From Octopus vulgaris (lineage: Eukaryota): a DNA stretch of 64,000 bases. Every line of letters starts with the position of its first letter. The first letter of the stretch is position 1. The notes beneath the pieces are model-generated. The model did not search any database and was not told where the DNA came from. It worked only from the letters and a program-made list of their open reading frames with translations. This document shows positions 48,925 to 63,339 of the stretch, piece after piece. Location of the stretch: NCBI GenBank assembly GCA_951406725.2, contig OX597816.1, positions 153,202,001 through 153,266,000 on the forward strand, written 5' to 3'. The translations under genes were made by a program, and so were the position numbers.

Positions 48925-50285
48925 GTTGAATAAAATTACATGGTCTGGTTTTCACGTTTTTTTATTATTGCATTTAAAAATATTTTTTACAATGTTGAAG
49001 TGTGTTACACATTAAAAAATATTTTGTAGTGTTCATAAAGTTCAGTTAGCGCTTTCATACGTTCGTAGTAATCACCAGATTTTAAAATATATTGACTGAC
49101 AGTTGAATTGAGTGCTGGGCAACTGTAGTAAAATGACTTTTTCCTTTTTATACCCTTTAGAGGTTCCGACAACCTGAATTCTTCGAATACGGTTTTCACC
49201 AATCAGCATGGAACTTAAACGTCACGGTTTGCCAGGTGCACCGATATTACTGGCATAGATACCCCCTTTATTTTAACCAATTAGCTTGCGGTTTACCTGT
49301 AATGCTTTTATGAGTGAGCGAACTTAAATAGTTTCGCTCGTTTTTATTTCAATTGGTGGGACTCCTCTGTAATTTGTTAGAGATATTTTTTAATCCACAT
49401 CATTAACTGATTGTTATTGTTGTTATTTCCGTTCAGAACAGGTTTGAACATTTTAATGAAACGGTTTTCTTTTATCTTTCTTCCAATTTCACTTGTGTCA
49501 CGTAGTTTATGGAAAGGAAAATTTAGAAACATTTTCTGACCACATGTTTCTATATGTCCGCTCAATGGAATTTGACTAACATTGGTGTACCGGATGTGTT
49601 GTCTGTGTACTTGTTGTGGTTTCGGAAATGCATTCCTTGTTTCACCAATGCATAGTTCCTCGCAATTCGGGCATTTAATGCAGTAGATAAAATTTCTGAT
49701 TTTGCAGTTCATACCTGCATTTTTGAAAATCTGTCCATTTTTTGCGCTAATGGATCTACCAGTATGTATGTATTGATACGTCCCACATCTGTTATCATTA
49801 CATCTGGATACTGTGAATGCTTTATTCTGTTTCTTCATGTTGAATTTTGCTTTTGTATATAGTTTTTTTAGGTTATGTGGTTGCCTTTTGCTTACGATAA
49901 GTATTTAATTAGTTATTATGTTTTTTTAATTTTTCAGTTTGTTTCATGATTAGCAAATTTGTTTTGGTGATGCGGATTGTGTGATCCTAAAATTGGTATT
50001 GCGTTCCGTTGTTGGATTCGTCTCTCTCGTGTTGCTCCTTAGTTGTTCTATAGATATCTGTTTTGCTCGTTGTATGCTATTTTCTATAAGTGAGAGAGGG
50101 TATTTTTGCTTGAGCAGAAATCCTCTAAGTTCTATAAGCCGTATGTTACGGGATATTGTGTTTTGTGTAGGTATGAAAAAGGAAAAACTTAGTCATTTTA
50201 CTACAGTTGTCAAGCACTCAACTCAACTGTCAGTCAATACATTGTGAAATCTGATGATTACTATGAACGTATGAAAGGGCAGAAC
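48921..50285 (-). mobile_element. 5'-truncated Penelope-like element with an inverted partial pLTR
   Basis: GIY-YIG remnant at 49377-49838 and an RT-thumb-like remnant to ~50170. 49051-49148 is the reverse complement of 50177-50280. Confidence 0.85.
49377..49838 (-). pseudogene. Penelope-type GIY-YIG endonuclease remnant
   Basis: NCKIRNFIYCIKCPNCEELCIGET...HRQHIR...PLSGHIETC...KENRFIKMFKPVLN. Confidence 0.85.
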
Positions 50286-51244
50286 ACAGTGAACTTCTCA
50301 TGAAATTTCAAATTATTTCAGGGCATGAGTACAACCAACAGAGGCAATTTACAGACATATTTCACCCAATTTTACCATTATTGCACATCATAGATCAGGC
50401 TTTACTGGAACTACAATTGTGCTGAACAACACATCACATCATATGTTATGCTTCAGAGACTTCTTCACTCTAACAGAGGACGGAGACAACTCAACTACAT
50501 TGATATTATTGGTAAAGACATATAACATGAAACTGAGGATCTACCAATAATAATTGAAAAGGGAGATTTCTGGCGCAGAATTATGTGTTTTTTCTCTTTT
50601 GGTCGCAGCCGTTTGAGGACATATGTAGTCTAGTTTATTTAATCTATAGTTTACGCTCGTTGGCACCCGTTGCAAATGTGTCTTGAGCTCTCTGGTGTAC
50701 TTTTTATGAATATAAATAGAAAAGTGAAATAGTAAGGCACTTTCCCTTTTGTCGCCAGTTTCTTTCTGGTTTAATTTCTTTTCTCAACACGAACATTTTC
50801 AGTGTCTTGTAAGATTTTTGTTGTTGAGAAGATAATTCCTCGTAAAATATACTTGATTTCTCTTTCTCAAACTGAACATGACAATCTAATTATTTTATGT
50901 CTTTTTTACAATATGGCGTCGACTACCTACGACACGTTTCTTTTACTCTACAGCGAAATTGATTCAAATACACGTAAATAATTTGGCTTGAGCAGTAACG
51001 TTAACAGAACATATAAATGGCAATTAAAGCCACACTATATTCCAATAATACGTTATTGTAATATTTTACTCACGTTTTCCTGCCATAATACCTAATTTCA
51101 AGTAAACACCTAAATTTAGTCAATTTACGAAAGACTGCGTTGGGTAAAGAAGGAAAAAAACAAAGCAATAGGTGATAGGCTCATACAACATCCATACATA
51201 TATCATTCTTACATATAGACACAATCATATATATATATATGTAT

Positions 51245-51460
<216 letters not shown>

Positions 51461-54199
51461 ACACACTCGTGCATATGTACACATATATGCATATACACAC
51501 AAAAACATATATACATGCATACACATACATATCTATGAATATATCCATATATACACTATTTTCATATCATTATATATGTGTATATAGAGATAGATAGAGA
51601 GAGAGAGGGAAAGAGAAATAGATAGATATATACATACATAAATATGGATATATATGCAGATACAGACACATATATGCGTGTGTGTGTGTGTGTGTACTTT
51701 GGTTTGACTCATTACGACGAAATTAGGCTGAAGATTAGTCTCCAAATTCGCAGATACTAATATGAAATCATGGTACAACATAACGATATACACGCAGTCA
51801 GACAGACACACGCCAAACACATACTCACACTCATATTCACACATTCACACACACACACACACATACACACACACACAAATACATACATTCACTTTTACTT
51901 GCACATACATCAGAATAAAAATAAATAAAATATTTTCTTTTCTTCCATTCCTATTGATGCACATCCTGCTTAAATGCTTTGTAAATTCTAAGTCAATAAT
52001 TTAATCAATTTTCAGCTAAATATAAAAAATGATCAAACTTAATTTATAAAGATACATTTGCTTTATTGTAGTAATGAAACTTTTACATGATAGTTATTTG
52101 TTAAAAATCTACCTTATAATTTGTTGAGAAGAACATTTATTGCAAAAAGAGTTACGTTTGTTTTTTAGTTAATCGCTACACTCTTTCATTTATTTCCCCC
52201 TAACGCTTCGAAAGTTAATTTCTTTCTATAATCATGCTAGAATTGTTTTGCGCTTTTGACTTTCAAAAATGGCAAAACAGAAACAAAATGAGGAAGAAGA
52301 GAATCTTCACCTTTTTCTTCATACTGGATAATTGCAGTCGGCCACATAAAAGGAGGAGCTCTGAAAAGCTATGGATTTCATAGACCAAGAGCATAAATGC
52401 AAAGGAAAAGCTGAACAAACAATTTTATCCGCTCGACCGTTTAGATCAACAATATACGAACGTTATGGAAACATTAGCTACACCAATGAAAAGCTGTTAT
52501 ATAGTAGAGAAAGTTGCTTATTTATCAGTTCTAAAAGAAAGGAATTATGAAAGGCGGCTTATTAATCAGTTCTAATAGAAAGGAATTATGAAAGGCTAGA
52601 CTGTCTGGAAAATTTTTTATAAATTCCAGTCTTATATTGGATTTTAATTTTTTCTATTAAAACGCAGTTTTGAAACATCTTTTATTATTGAATATTTCAA
52701 TTATATGCTTCTGCCACAAATGTCATTTAATGCAATATTTCAGTTTACTGCGGAGTAGCGTCTTTGAACCTCTGTTTGTACTTTTGGAAAATATACACTT
52801 TGCCTAAATATTTGCAGCGATATTTTCTACAAATCTTAGGTTTGATCCAGCGTCAACACAATTATATTAGTTCCAGTATCTTTTCATATTTGTTCGGTTT
52901 GTTGAAGAAATAGAAAGATGAATAGGAAAACTGGTTTTAATTTACTTATGTCGATTGGGCATAACAACAGAAATGTATATTTTTAATGAAATTTTCTACA
53001 AATACCTTTCAGATGGTATATATTACGGTTACATCTGCATTTAATGTGAAAAGGAAATGGGAAGGAGATATTTCACGCATATTAACTTCGTTTTTCTCAT
53101 ATATTTTGATGATTTCATTACAATTATGTTTAAAAATTACTTTTGAGAACTATTCCACCTTTTTCCGAAAATTCTCTAAAAGAAATCGTTGCAGAAAGGT
53201 GAGTACAATGCTAGCACGGATTATTTAATACGTATTCCTTTCACCATTTTATCGCAGTCTTTGAGATATTCTCTTTTAAACAAGCTCAAAAGTGATCCGT
53301 CCTCTACGAGGTAGTTTAGTATGCTAGAAATAACAGGCCCTCATATGGGTCTCAAAAGTAATTTTTTCAGCATGATTGAATTAAATCAACGAAATACAAG
53401 GAAACAAAGTCGAAATGCATGAAACATTTTGCTAGCTTACAACAGGCAGTTGTCTTGAACAACAAAGCCAATGCAATAAAGACGCCGAGAATGCTAACAT
53501 CACTCCGCTCCCTAGCACTAATGATATGGATGATAATATGTATAAAAGAATCGAGAAAGAAAATATAAACGAAAGAAATGTATAAACAAGGACAGCAAAG
53601 GAGTCAGTGCTTCTAAGATAAGAAAGAAAAACAATCTTGTTGATAAAAAATCAAATCACCACCATGGAGTAAAGGCCAAGTAGCCATAAAAAGTTTACAG
53701 GACATATGACAGTTATCTAATGGACTATTAAAAAAGTGCCTACAAACACGAAGAAATTGGGATGAAGTGACGTTACTCTCATCTCAGACCTTGTCAAAGG
53801 CATATCCAAAACAAACTCCAGATGGGGATCAACTTACAAAAACACTTCTCTTAAGAGTCTCCAATGATTTCGAAAGTATCAACAACAGAATGTGTTTGAA
53901 TGACATATGCACATAAACCTGCTTGAAGGAGATACAGTGCACGCTACTATCTCATAGCAAAAGAGAATATGTAAAAGTAGAACAAATTTCTATAGTAGAG
54001 CAACAGAAAATCTTTTTGGCAGTTGACGTAAAAGTAGAACAAATTTCTGTAGTAGAGCAACACAAAATAAACTTGGCAGTTGACGTAGCTGCAAGATTCT
54101 CAGAGGCAAAGCGACTCACACCAATATATAAGATTATCACATAAAATTCAGAATAACTACTACATAACATGCCATCTTTTTTGATAGAAAATAGTAAGT

Positions 54200-56450
54200 C
54201 ATGGTGGAGCTGCATGTGCATTGATGGTGACGTACACATAATATTGTTATCATACTCAAACTCTGATTCACCAGTTGCGCAACTCAAAGGAATTATCGTG
54301 GAGATATGTACAATATTGTTTTGTTGATATTTTAAATCATTTGTATTTAAGCCTTGAAAGGATGAAAGAGGTACTAAACATTTTGAATGAATATACGAAT
54401 GTTGAAATTGTGTTGCTCTATGTTAATCCTAATGAGTTAGACTGGTAAAGTATTTCCGTTGAAACTATCCCTCTATTTTGTATATCTGGGACTATAACGA
54501 CCAATGAATCCTTCATTTTTCAAGATGGTGAAATATGATTTAAGGTTTCTTCGTTGGCTCGTCCATACAACTGATTCACACATAGCTTATATAAATTTGT
54601 TTGAGACAACCGAAATTAGCTCAGAACTTCACAAAAAGTACTCAACTTTAATTTCACAAGAAATCAATGTAAAAAGAGAATTTCAAGTCAAAATACCTCC
54701 GCTATTTCTACATAAGACAATGTCTTTAAAATGATGCAATTCATTTCAATAATGCAAATTATATGCATTAAATATGTTGTAGGAGAATACCAATGTTCAT
54801 AAAAATAATATGCACAAGGATTTAAAAATACTATGAGACGAAGAATACCAGTTTTAAATCGCTTAAATTGGTAAAACCATAAATTGACACGAAAATATTG
54901 CACATAAGGACGATACCTGTAGAAACTGAGAATAAGATAAGATTCTTCCGTGAGAATGGGAAAACAGTAAAAGGAACCAAAGCTTATGAAAATATACAAA
55001 CTAATCTTAAAGTAGTGTATAAACTGAAAAATGAAACGGCTACAACGCATTGTAAAAGATGTTAATTAAAGTAATATGTAATTTATTACAACCTGCGAAA
55101 GATAAAATGCTAAACGACCAATTTAAAACTATTTTTACGACCTTTCATATGTATATGCAAAGAGATAGACCAAGCGAGGTCTACATATCGACACATTATA
55201 TAGCGAAGTAGCAAAAATTTTCTTTTACGTCGATGTAAAAAAAATATATAATATATTTATCACAGATAAAAGAAGCCTGAACTACACAAGAGGACCTGAA
55301 AAATTCCCGATAACCACCTAGAATCTTGCAAAATAATTTGGCTAAACTACTTCAGCGTTTTTTCCTAGCCCTCCTTTTGAAGTTGTAAGCTCTTAACAGA
55401 AAATTAAATACACATACGGTCTAAAAACGGAAACATTGCAGATGCTAAAAATAACAGACCTATTTTTATGAATTCATTATCAGTAAGGATATGGAACAAA
55501 TTATCAAGGAGAAGCCGATTACTTATTGAAATGCAGCGCAGTTTCCTTTGAAGCAGGAGCATTTACATAATTTCTACTTCATTATGTTTTCATTTTGAAA
55601 CATGTGCTAAATGAGTCAAGTATAACTGTGTACATACTGGGATTTACGAAGGCTTTCAGCGAAGATAATGCACGTTATATCAGAAGCTACGTGATCTCAA
55701 CATAACTGGACAACTAGGCGTGACCGTATGGCGATTTAAACGACATAATTCATGATGCGAACAGCGCACTTTAAAAGATATCAATTTTAATTGGAATGCA
55801 CACCCAAGCAACTATTTTGGGATCTTATGTCATTACTGTGTTTAAGAGGTCTCTGATATCCAAGTTATAAGAAGAGCTAGAGTCACTATCTATGATAAAA
55901 ATTCTAAAATATCAACACTAATAAAAATCAGGATGGTTTTAAGAGACACTTCAGTGCCATACATGAAGCAATTGGTGAAAACAACGGGCAATTCAATACT
56001 AAACATTCTCAGCATTCTCCATTATCAGTAATCTAATAGACTATTGTCTTCATAATCTGTATTTCAAAATTAAACCTGAGATTGACCTTGGAATTATAAC
56101 GATCAATGGCGCATAGTTGCCTGTGCATATACTGGTAGCAACATGCAGCTCCCTGACAGAATGGATTTAGTAAACACTTGACAAGAAAGTAAATCAAGTT
56201 GATCCTGTGGAATATATATTCCAAGTCGTCTGGATTGTTATTCCTTACGGTTCCCTCATAATGTCAGTGATCCTACTCCAGAATGATTGTTTTGTGCACC
56301 AGATGAAATTCTGGGAAAGAGTGAATGCATTAATACTCCCTGAAAGGAAGAAGTAAACCATTTTTACATCTGAAATATCTCGGAAAGACTAGCTTCAAAC
56401 TTTGGATTTGAACGCTTATAAAAAGCTTAAATTGGGCCTTACTGCATGTT
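54200..56450 (+). mobile_element. Heavily decayed CR1-group LINE related to the 39-43 kb element
   Basis: Collinear remnants: ENIQTNLKVVYK (~DNIKSNPRAFYR), LLHYVFILKHVLNESSITVYILGFTKAF (~LQHYDWVLKRLLNHSNVEVIYLDFAKAF), TQATILG, KFWERV. Confidence 0.7.
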
Positions 56451-56788
56451 TAATCGTCTTCATCCTGATCAAGGACAAGATAATGTGATAAATTTGGGTT
56501 TGCAGAACTACCGTTCTTCAATATCCAACAAAATAAAGAACATGCCTCGAGTAGCTGTTAAAAACAAAATTCAAAATCCATTTTACCATTCTTCTGTAAT
56601 ACCGGGTGAAACTGCATCATTACAAGAGGTGTAAATTTACGACAATGATGTCAAACCCTTACTATCCTTATATAATGCACACACACACACACACACACAC
56701 ATGTACACACACACACAGCTGCAGCAGCAGCAGCAGTATCAGTGTTAAGCAGTGATTAAAAGTAAACGAACTTTAGGTTAGTTAAAAT

Positions 56789-59700
56789 CACTTTGATCAC
56801 TTTGACCGACCAGTCCGTCAGGCGTCCATTTAACACCGCTGGTCACAGCACGCTGTCCACTCCTCTCTGGATCGCGCCTTTCTCATCCACGTGATCCCAA
56901 TCGTCCTCTTGAAATCGTAATTCCACCGTCGTGGAGGTCTTCCGGGTGGTCTTTTCCGCTCACGCGGGTACCACTCGACAACTGCGTGCGCCCACCGATT
57001 ATCGGTGAGCCGGGCGACGTGTCCAGCCCATCTATACTTGCTGCGTGTATACTCTGCGATGACATCTCTCACGCCGGAATTATTTCTGATGATCTTGCTA
57101 CTTATATGCTCTCTCAACGAGATACCAAGCATTGACCTTTCCATGGCTCTTTGAGCCGTTACTAGTCTTTGCTCTTCTCTCTTTGTGGTAGCCCATGTTT
57201 CACTACCATATAACATTGCAGGCAGAACTGCACTGTTAATGAGGTTGGCGCGGGTGGTCCTGTCCAACCTTCTCTTGAGCACATCCCTTATGCCATTGAA
57301 CGCCTTCCATCCGGCCCTTACTCTCCGTGAGATCTCCTTTTTGATATCTCGGCACATATTTACTTCCTGTCCCAGGTAGACATATTCTCTCACCTCCTCT
57401 ATTTCATCACTGCCGATCACCATTCGACCTGTTGGTACATTGTCTGACTGCATGAACTTTGTTTTCATGCGGTTCATCTTGAGACCTACTGCAGAACTTT
57501 TGATGTCGAGCTCCGCCAGCATGGTCTGAAGCTGATCCATGTTTTCAGCGATGAGTACGATGTCGTCAGCGAAACGGAGGTGAGTGAGGAGCTCGCCATT
57601 GATGTTGACACCACCTTGCCATTCGATGCCTCGAGACATGCAGTGAAAAGTTTTGGGGAGATTGTATCTCTTTGCTTCACTCCCTTCTCGACCGGCACTC
57701 CTATGGGTGATGACAGTAGAGTTATGTCGATGGTGCATCCAGAATTTGCCTCTCTGAGCAGCTGCACATATTTCGCTTCGATTCCTTGCCTCTGCAGCGA
57801 GTTCAGCACTGCGTTGGTTTCGACGCTATCGAAGGCCTTCTCATAATCTATAAACGCAACACAAAGAGGCAGCTTGTACTCATTTGCTCGCTCAAGCAGT
57901 TGCATTAGAGCAAATATATGGTCCATTGTGCTGTAGTTCTTCCGGAAGCCTGCTTGCTCCCTCGGTTGTTGTTCGTCGAGACGACGTGACAACCTGTTCA
58001 GAATTATCTTCGTGAACAGCTTGTACACGTGAGACAGCAGGCATATGGGTCGGTAGTTCTTTAGATCTTCTCTGTCACCCTTCTTATACAGCAGGATGGT
58101 ATTTGACTCTTTCCACTGCGAGGGAATTTTTCTCTCGTCTAGATAGTGCGTAAATCGCTCAGCGAGGATTTTCCAGAGCTGCTCTCTGCCTGACTTTAGC
58201 ACCTCCGATGTTATACCGTCTTTCCCTGGAGCCTTTCCGTTTTTCATCGAGCCGATGGCTCTTTCAACCTCACTGACAAGGATAGGTGGCACGTTTTCTT
58301 CCTGTTGGAGTGGTGGTAACGGCTGGATATTTCTGGTAGACTTAAAGAGCTTGGTGTAGAAGTCTTCACAAACTTTTTCCATCTCGCTCTTCTTGTTGAC
58401 CGGTATTCCATCTGTATTTTTCAGGGCCGTCACCTCCGATCTATATAGTACCATGTCCTTCTTGCATTTCTTGAGCCTCTTCTTTTCCTCTGCGGCCTTC
58501 AAGAGCTTCTCCATCCGGTATGCCTCAAAGTCTTTCTTTAGTTGCTGACGAATCACTCTGCTGAGAATGGAATATTCAAGGTGATCTTCAATAGCCCTCT
58601 TCATATTTTCCTCTTCTCGATTAACTTCGTAGTTTCTTCCGAGATTCTTCCCTTCTTTTCTCTTGGGCATACACCCTTAGCCTTCTTTAAACACTCCTTC
58701 AGTTTCCCTATCAGTGAGTTATAGTCATCGTCTATGTCGTCTCCTTGGCACCAGTCTTCCTGCATGATGGCTTCCTGCAGCTTTGCCTCGTTGTAGACTC
58801 GGACACGTTTTCCCTTCGACGCCAAATATAACGCCATCTTCTCCCTCTTCTCGTCGATGACGACCCTCGCCCTTACCAGACGATGATCGCTGCCGGTGTT
58901 GAATGGCGTCACGACGGAGACTTCATGCAATATGCGTCGCTTATCAACCAGGATGTAGTCGATCTCGCTTCGGCGATATCCAAGTCCATCTCTTCCTCTC
59001 CCTCTTCCTGAATAGGCTGTTTCCGATGTAGAGCTGCCTCGCCTCTGCCATGGTAGCCAAACGTTCTCCTCTCTCGTTTCTCTCTCTCATGCCAAATCTC
59101 CCGACGTACTCCTCTCCTTGTCGTCCATGTCCAACCTTTGCGTTGAAGTCTCCCATCACGACAGTGTAAGTGGACTTCATAGCCAGCCCTTTGTCTAGTT
59201 GTCGATAGAATTCTTCCACCTCGTCGTCGTCGCTGGCGCTTGTGGGAGCATAGGTCTGGACAATCTTGAGGGTGGCCTTCCCTGAGAGGTTCACATTTAG
59301 TACAACAATCCGTGATGATATGAAGTGGCAAGAAGCGACCCTCGAAGCCCATTCCTTACTTACGATGAATCCGATACCTCCGACCGATCTAGCACCTTCT
59401 GCTCTTCCTAATCTCACAATGCATCCATCTTGCCATCGTATACTCGCTTCCTTCTTCCAGCGCGTCTCGCACAGCCCTAACACGTCGCACCTGATCTTCT
59501 TCCTCTCCTCCATTAGGTGGTTCAGTTCTTGCCACCCTGCCATAGACCTGCAGTTGTAGGTGCATATGGCAAGTTTAGTCCTGTTCCATGACGGCTTTCG
59601 GGAACCTGTGATTCTTAGCAGCCTCTCGTCGCTCGAGTTGCACTCCGCCGTCATGGAGTGGCCCGATTGACGTGCAGGGTACTGAGGCCCTTTTCCCTTT

Positions 59701-59971
59701 CTCTTCGTTCTTCGTGCTGTTTTAGCCATAAGATGACGCCATCCCACCAGCTGGGCGGGCAGGCCGGTATTTTGTTGGATGGCCGTTGACTCTTCAGGAG
59801 TTCATCCGCCCTTTGTTGGATCTTATTTTTCCATCCCACAGGGAGTCCAACAGCATGCTCCTCACCAAGCGAACCTGGTGGGGTTGTCAGTTTAGTCGCC
59901 GACGTCCCGACCATGCAACAGGTTGTACTGGATTACATGTTACCAGTAGCACTCTAGAGCGACCTGACATA
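56789..59971 (-). mobile_element. Full-length RTE-clade LINE with a 14-bp TSD
   Basis: TSD AGGTTAGTTAAAAT at 56775-56788 and 59972-59985; tail (CAAAGTGAT)2; single APE+RT ORF. Confidence 0.95.
56830..59747 (-). pseudogene. RTE ORF (APE + RT) broken by about three frameshifts
   Basis: TYNCRS, LGLCET, YAPTS, GDFNAKVG, SDHRLV, YRPICLLS, QAGFRK, FIDYEKAFDSV, LRFADDIVL, YGSETW, WAGHVAR across ORFs 58944-59747, 58601-58930, 57486-58670 and 56830-57738. Confidence 0.95.
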
Positions 59972-60419
59972 AGGTTAGTTAAAATATGTTTATAAAATGT
60001 TTGTAAAATATGTTTGCTAAAATATGTTTGCAAAATATGCTTGTTAAAATATGTTTCTAAATGACGACAACGATGTCAAACCCTCACATACCTTGAATAA
60101 CGCACACAACGCAGGTCACAAAGACATTCATGGCATTGCTTCACAACTAGCTGGAGCCAGTAGACAGGTCACGCACACCACACATACACATAGTAACATC
60201 AGTGTTAAACAATGATTAAAGCTAAACGAATTTTAGGTTAGTTAAAATATGTTTGTAAAATATGATTGTTGAAATATGCTTGTAAATGACGGCAACGATG
60301 TCAAACTCTCACATTCCTTGAGTAGCGCACACGTCGAAGGTCACAAAAACATTCATGACACTGCTTCACAACTAGCTGAAGCCAGTCGACAGGTCAACAC
60401 GCGCATGCGCGAACGCAAT

Positions 60420-60450
<31 letters not shown>

Positions 60451-60959
60451 GCACACAACAGCAGCATCAGTGTGGAGCTGTGATTAGAAATAAACGAACT
60501 GTAGGTTAGTTAAAATATGTTTGAAAACCTATTTTACATTCTAAAGGCTATTTCAATGCAGCTATCGTGGAGAAAGAAATTCTCTCTTATCGTAAAAGGT
60601 GTAAAAACACCGTATCTGCTCAATGCTTCCCCCTATCAGATTCCCAGATGTAGGCTTCTGGCTTTTAGGCCTTCCTGAATAGACCGAAGAGAGATAATCT
60701 TGGGCAAATTCGAAGCCGCAGCTTTAACTAATAAACAATCATCATCAGTGACTGAGACGTGCTGTTGGACCGCTGGGTCGGGATAAATACAGAAACATCA
60801 GCGACAAACAGTGATTACGAATAAACCTTGGCGTTGATGCTACTATATTTATCTGGACTGCATGTTTCTCCACGGTAACTGCATTGGATTTGCCTTTGGA
60901 AGGTAAAATAGGTTACAAACATCTTAATTTAATAATCGCAATGGAAATTAAATTTTATG

Positions 60960-61088
60960 TAGCTCATCGTCTTTCTCGTAAAATTTTACACGAGAACGCA
61001 TACTTTGTTTTTATGTATCTTCTATTCCCTTTCGTCCTATAGATGTACGGGCACACAGACATACAGACGTTGAACTTTACTATATAGA
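60960..61088 (-). mobile_element. Possible Helitron-type 5' terminus
   Basis: Minus strand reads A|TCTATATAGTAAAG...GTCTGTATGTCTGT, resembling non-autonomous Helitron starts. No 3' end found. Confidence 0.35.
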
Positions 61089-61089
61089 T

Positions 61090-61312
61090 GTATGTATTTA
61101 TGTGCGCGTTTGTGTTTGTCCCCACCGCCCGCGCCATCGCTTGACAAATGATGCTGGTGTGTTTATAACCTAGGGGTTCAGGAAAAGAGACCGATAGTAT
61201 AAGTACTAGGCTTACAAAGAATAAGTCCTGGGGTCGATTTATTCGATTAAAACCCACCAAAGCGGTACTCCAGCATGGTCGCAGTCAAATGACTGAAACA
61301 AGTAAAAGAAAA
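61090..61312 (+). mobile_element. 3' half of a SINE (family of 28061-28340)
   Basis: TTTGTCCCC..CATCGCTTGACAA..AAAAGAGACCGATAG..AAGTCCTGGGGTCGATT..GCGGTACTCCAGCATGGTCGCAGTCAAATGACTGAAACAAG. Confidence 0.88.
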
Positions 61313-62093
61313 AAAAAACCTGTACATACATATACACATACCTACATACATACATACATACATTCATACATACATACATAAGTTCTAATCTTCTCTTTCC
61401 CCTTTTTTTCTTCCACGACTATTTTTCTTATTCTTTCTCCGCTACTTATTATTCTCTGAATTTCTTGTAACAACTAAATTGTATATTTGAAATACACACG
61501 AATTATTATGTGCGTATATATATGTACGTGGATACCTATATATACATTTGTATATATTATGTTTTGCCTGTATCTGTTTGTATATGTATGTAGGCATGTA
61601 CCGGCGCTTGTATGTTTAGTGTTTATAGATATATATTGTTTTTTTTGGTATATGTATGTATTACTAAACGTATATGTATTTTCATTATGTTAGTTATTTG
61701 TAAAAGGTTTTATTTCAAACAGACATATCTTTCTAATTTATTTTAATTTATTTTTTACCATTAACTGATTTACCCTGGGTAAAGAGGTTATTTCCTTTTA
61801 CTAAAGCTAATCTTCTATTCAAGGTTTTCTTTGATTTTTATAGTAATATAATTTTAAATTGTAATTGTAATTTCGTGTAACCGGTTATTGAAAAAACCGT
61901 TAGTTGAAAGGACCAATGAAACAAAACCATTTTCAAATGTGTATCTATGAACGTAATTGTATATTTATGCATATAACCATATTTTGTTCCATTCTCAACC
62001 AAAAGTGTCTGACGAACGGGAACATGAAACTTAGTGTCACTGTTTATATGATGTCTTTGCAGCTTTATTAACAAAGTATATATATATATATAC

Positions 62094-62095
<2 letters not shown>

Positions 62096-62146
<51 letters not shown>

Positions 62147-62345
62147 TGTATGTGTGTGTGTAATTCTTTATCAAGAATAGTATTGATAGTGATTTCGAAG
62201 TTTCAGCCTGTCCAATGATGGCTTATCTTGCCGAAACCTAAGAATCTCTCTATCTATCTGTCTATGTATGTATGTATGTATGTATGTATGTATGTATGTA
62301 TGTATGTATGTATGTATGTATGTATGTATGTATGTATGTGTGTGT
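62096..62345. repeat. (TG)n and (TATG)n microsatellites
   Basis: Directly visible at 62096-62160 and 62263-62345. Confidence 0.95.
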
Positions 62346-62869
62346 ATGTATATATGTATGTATGCATCTATGTAGCTATCTATCGTGTGTATATTTATGC
62401 TTGCATGTATACGAGCATGCACACACACAACCACACTACATGAACACACGTACATATATAATCCACTGCTCATCACAGAAACTTCAGTCTCTCTCTTTAA
62501 TATACAGTTCTGGTTTCTTGCCAAGAGGATCACTAACTTTTTGGGATCCACCCATTTGCCAGCCCTCAAGCAAATGGCTCCGTTATTAGTACCTGTAGAG
62601 AAAAGTTTTTAATTAAGTCGGCTTTGGCTTCAGTTTAGAATACACACAATCAACATGACTCCTGCTAAATCTTCTCTTACAAATTTGTTAGTCTCACTTA
62701 GTGTAGGAGCAAAGGAGAGAACTCTACTTGGTCACGTTACATACGAAAACTAACAGCTAAATCTCCCTTATATCACACTCTGCTTTCTCTAAAAACGACA
62801 CATTGAATAACGTAACTCAAGGCGAATTATGCCAAGAAAAAGCTGGGATCGTTATGAATAAAGGTAAAC

Positions 62870-63097
62870 TTCTCGAGTCATGCTGACTCATAAGGGCTGG
62901 TTTCCCGATTTCCATGGCGTATATACTCCCCCACCTGGACAGGACGCCGGTCCGTCACAGTATTACTCATTTTTGTCAGCTGAGTGGACTGGAGCAACGT
63001 GAAATTGCTTTGCTCAACGCATCACCCGGCTGAAGAATCGAAACAACAATCTTACGATCATCCGTCCAACACCTTAACCACTAAGCCACGCGCCTCC
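62870..63097 (-). mobile_element. tRNA-derived SINE with a third tail type
   Basis: Head GGAGGCGCGTGGCTTAGTGGTTAAGGTG..GTTTCGATTC; body TGCTCCAGTCCACTCAGCTG..GACGGACCGGCGTCCTGTCCAGG; tail with a GAGTCA-GCA-TGACTC hairpin. Confidence 0.75.
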
Positions 63098-63339
63098 GAT
63101 CGTTATGAATGGAATGTCTTTGATCATAAGTCTGCTCGATCATAGCTGAACTGGGAGTTAAGTAGCAATTACATGCCAAATATGAAAGTTTCTTTGGTGG
63201 CTTCAAAGGAATAAGGTCACAACTTTGTCAGTGTCTCATCTGTTATAATTTGCATTCCTTAGGTAGCCGCAACTATTGCGAAACTCTTCAATACCAATGA
63301 TCTAGCCAGAGTTTCGGGAAAGTGTCACAGTGTAATTTA

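Larger units (their letters stand above)
56636..60525. repeat. Three ~225-240-bp tandem units; the first is interrupted by the RTE
   Basis: GACAA(C/T)GATGTCAAAC..., ATCAGTGT..., TAAACGAA..TAGGTTAGTTAAAAT recur at ~56640, ~60061 and ~60286. Confidence 0.85.
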
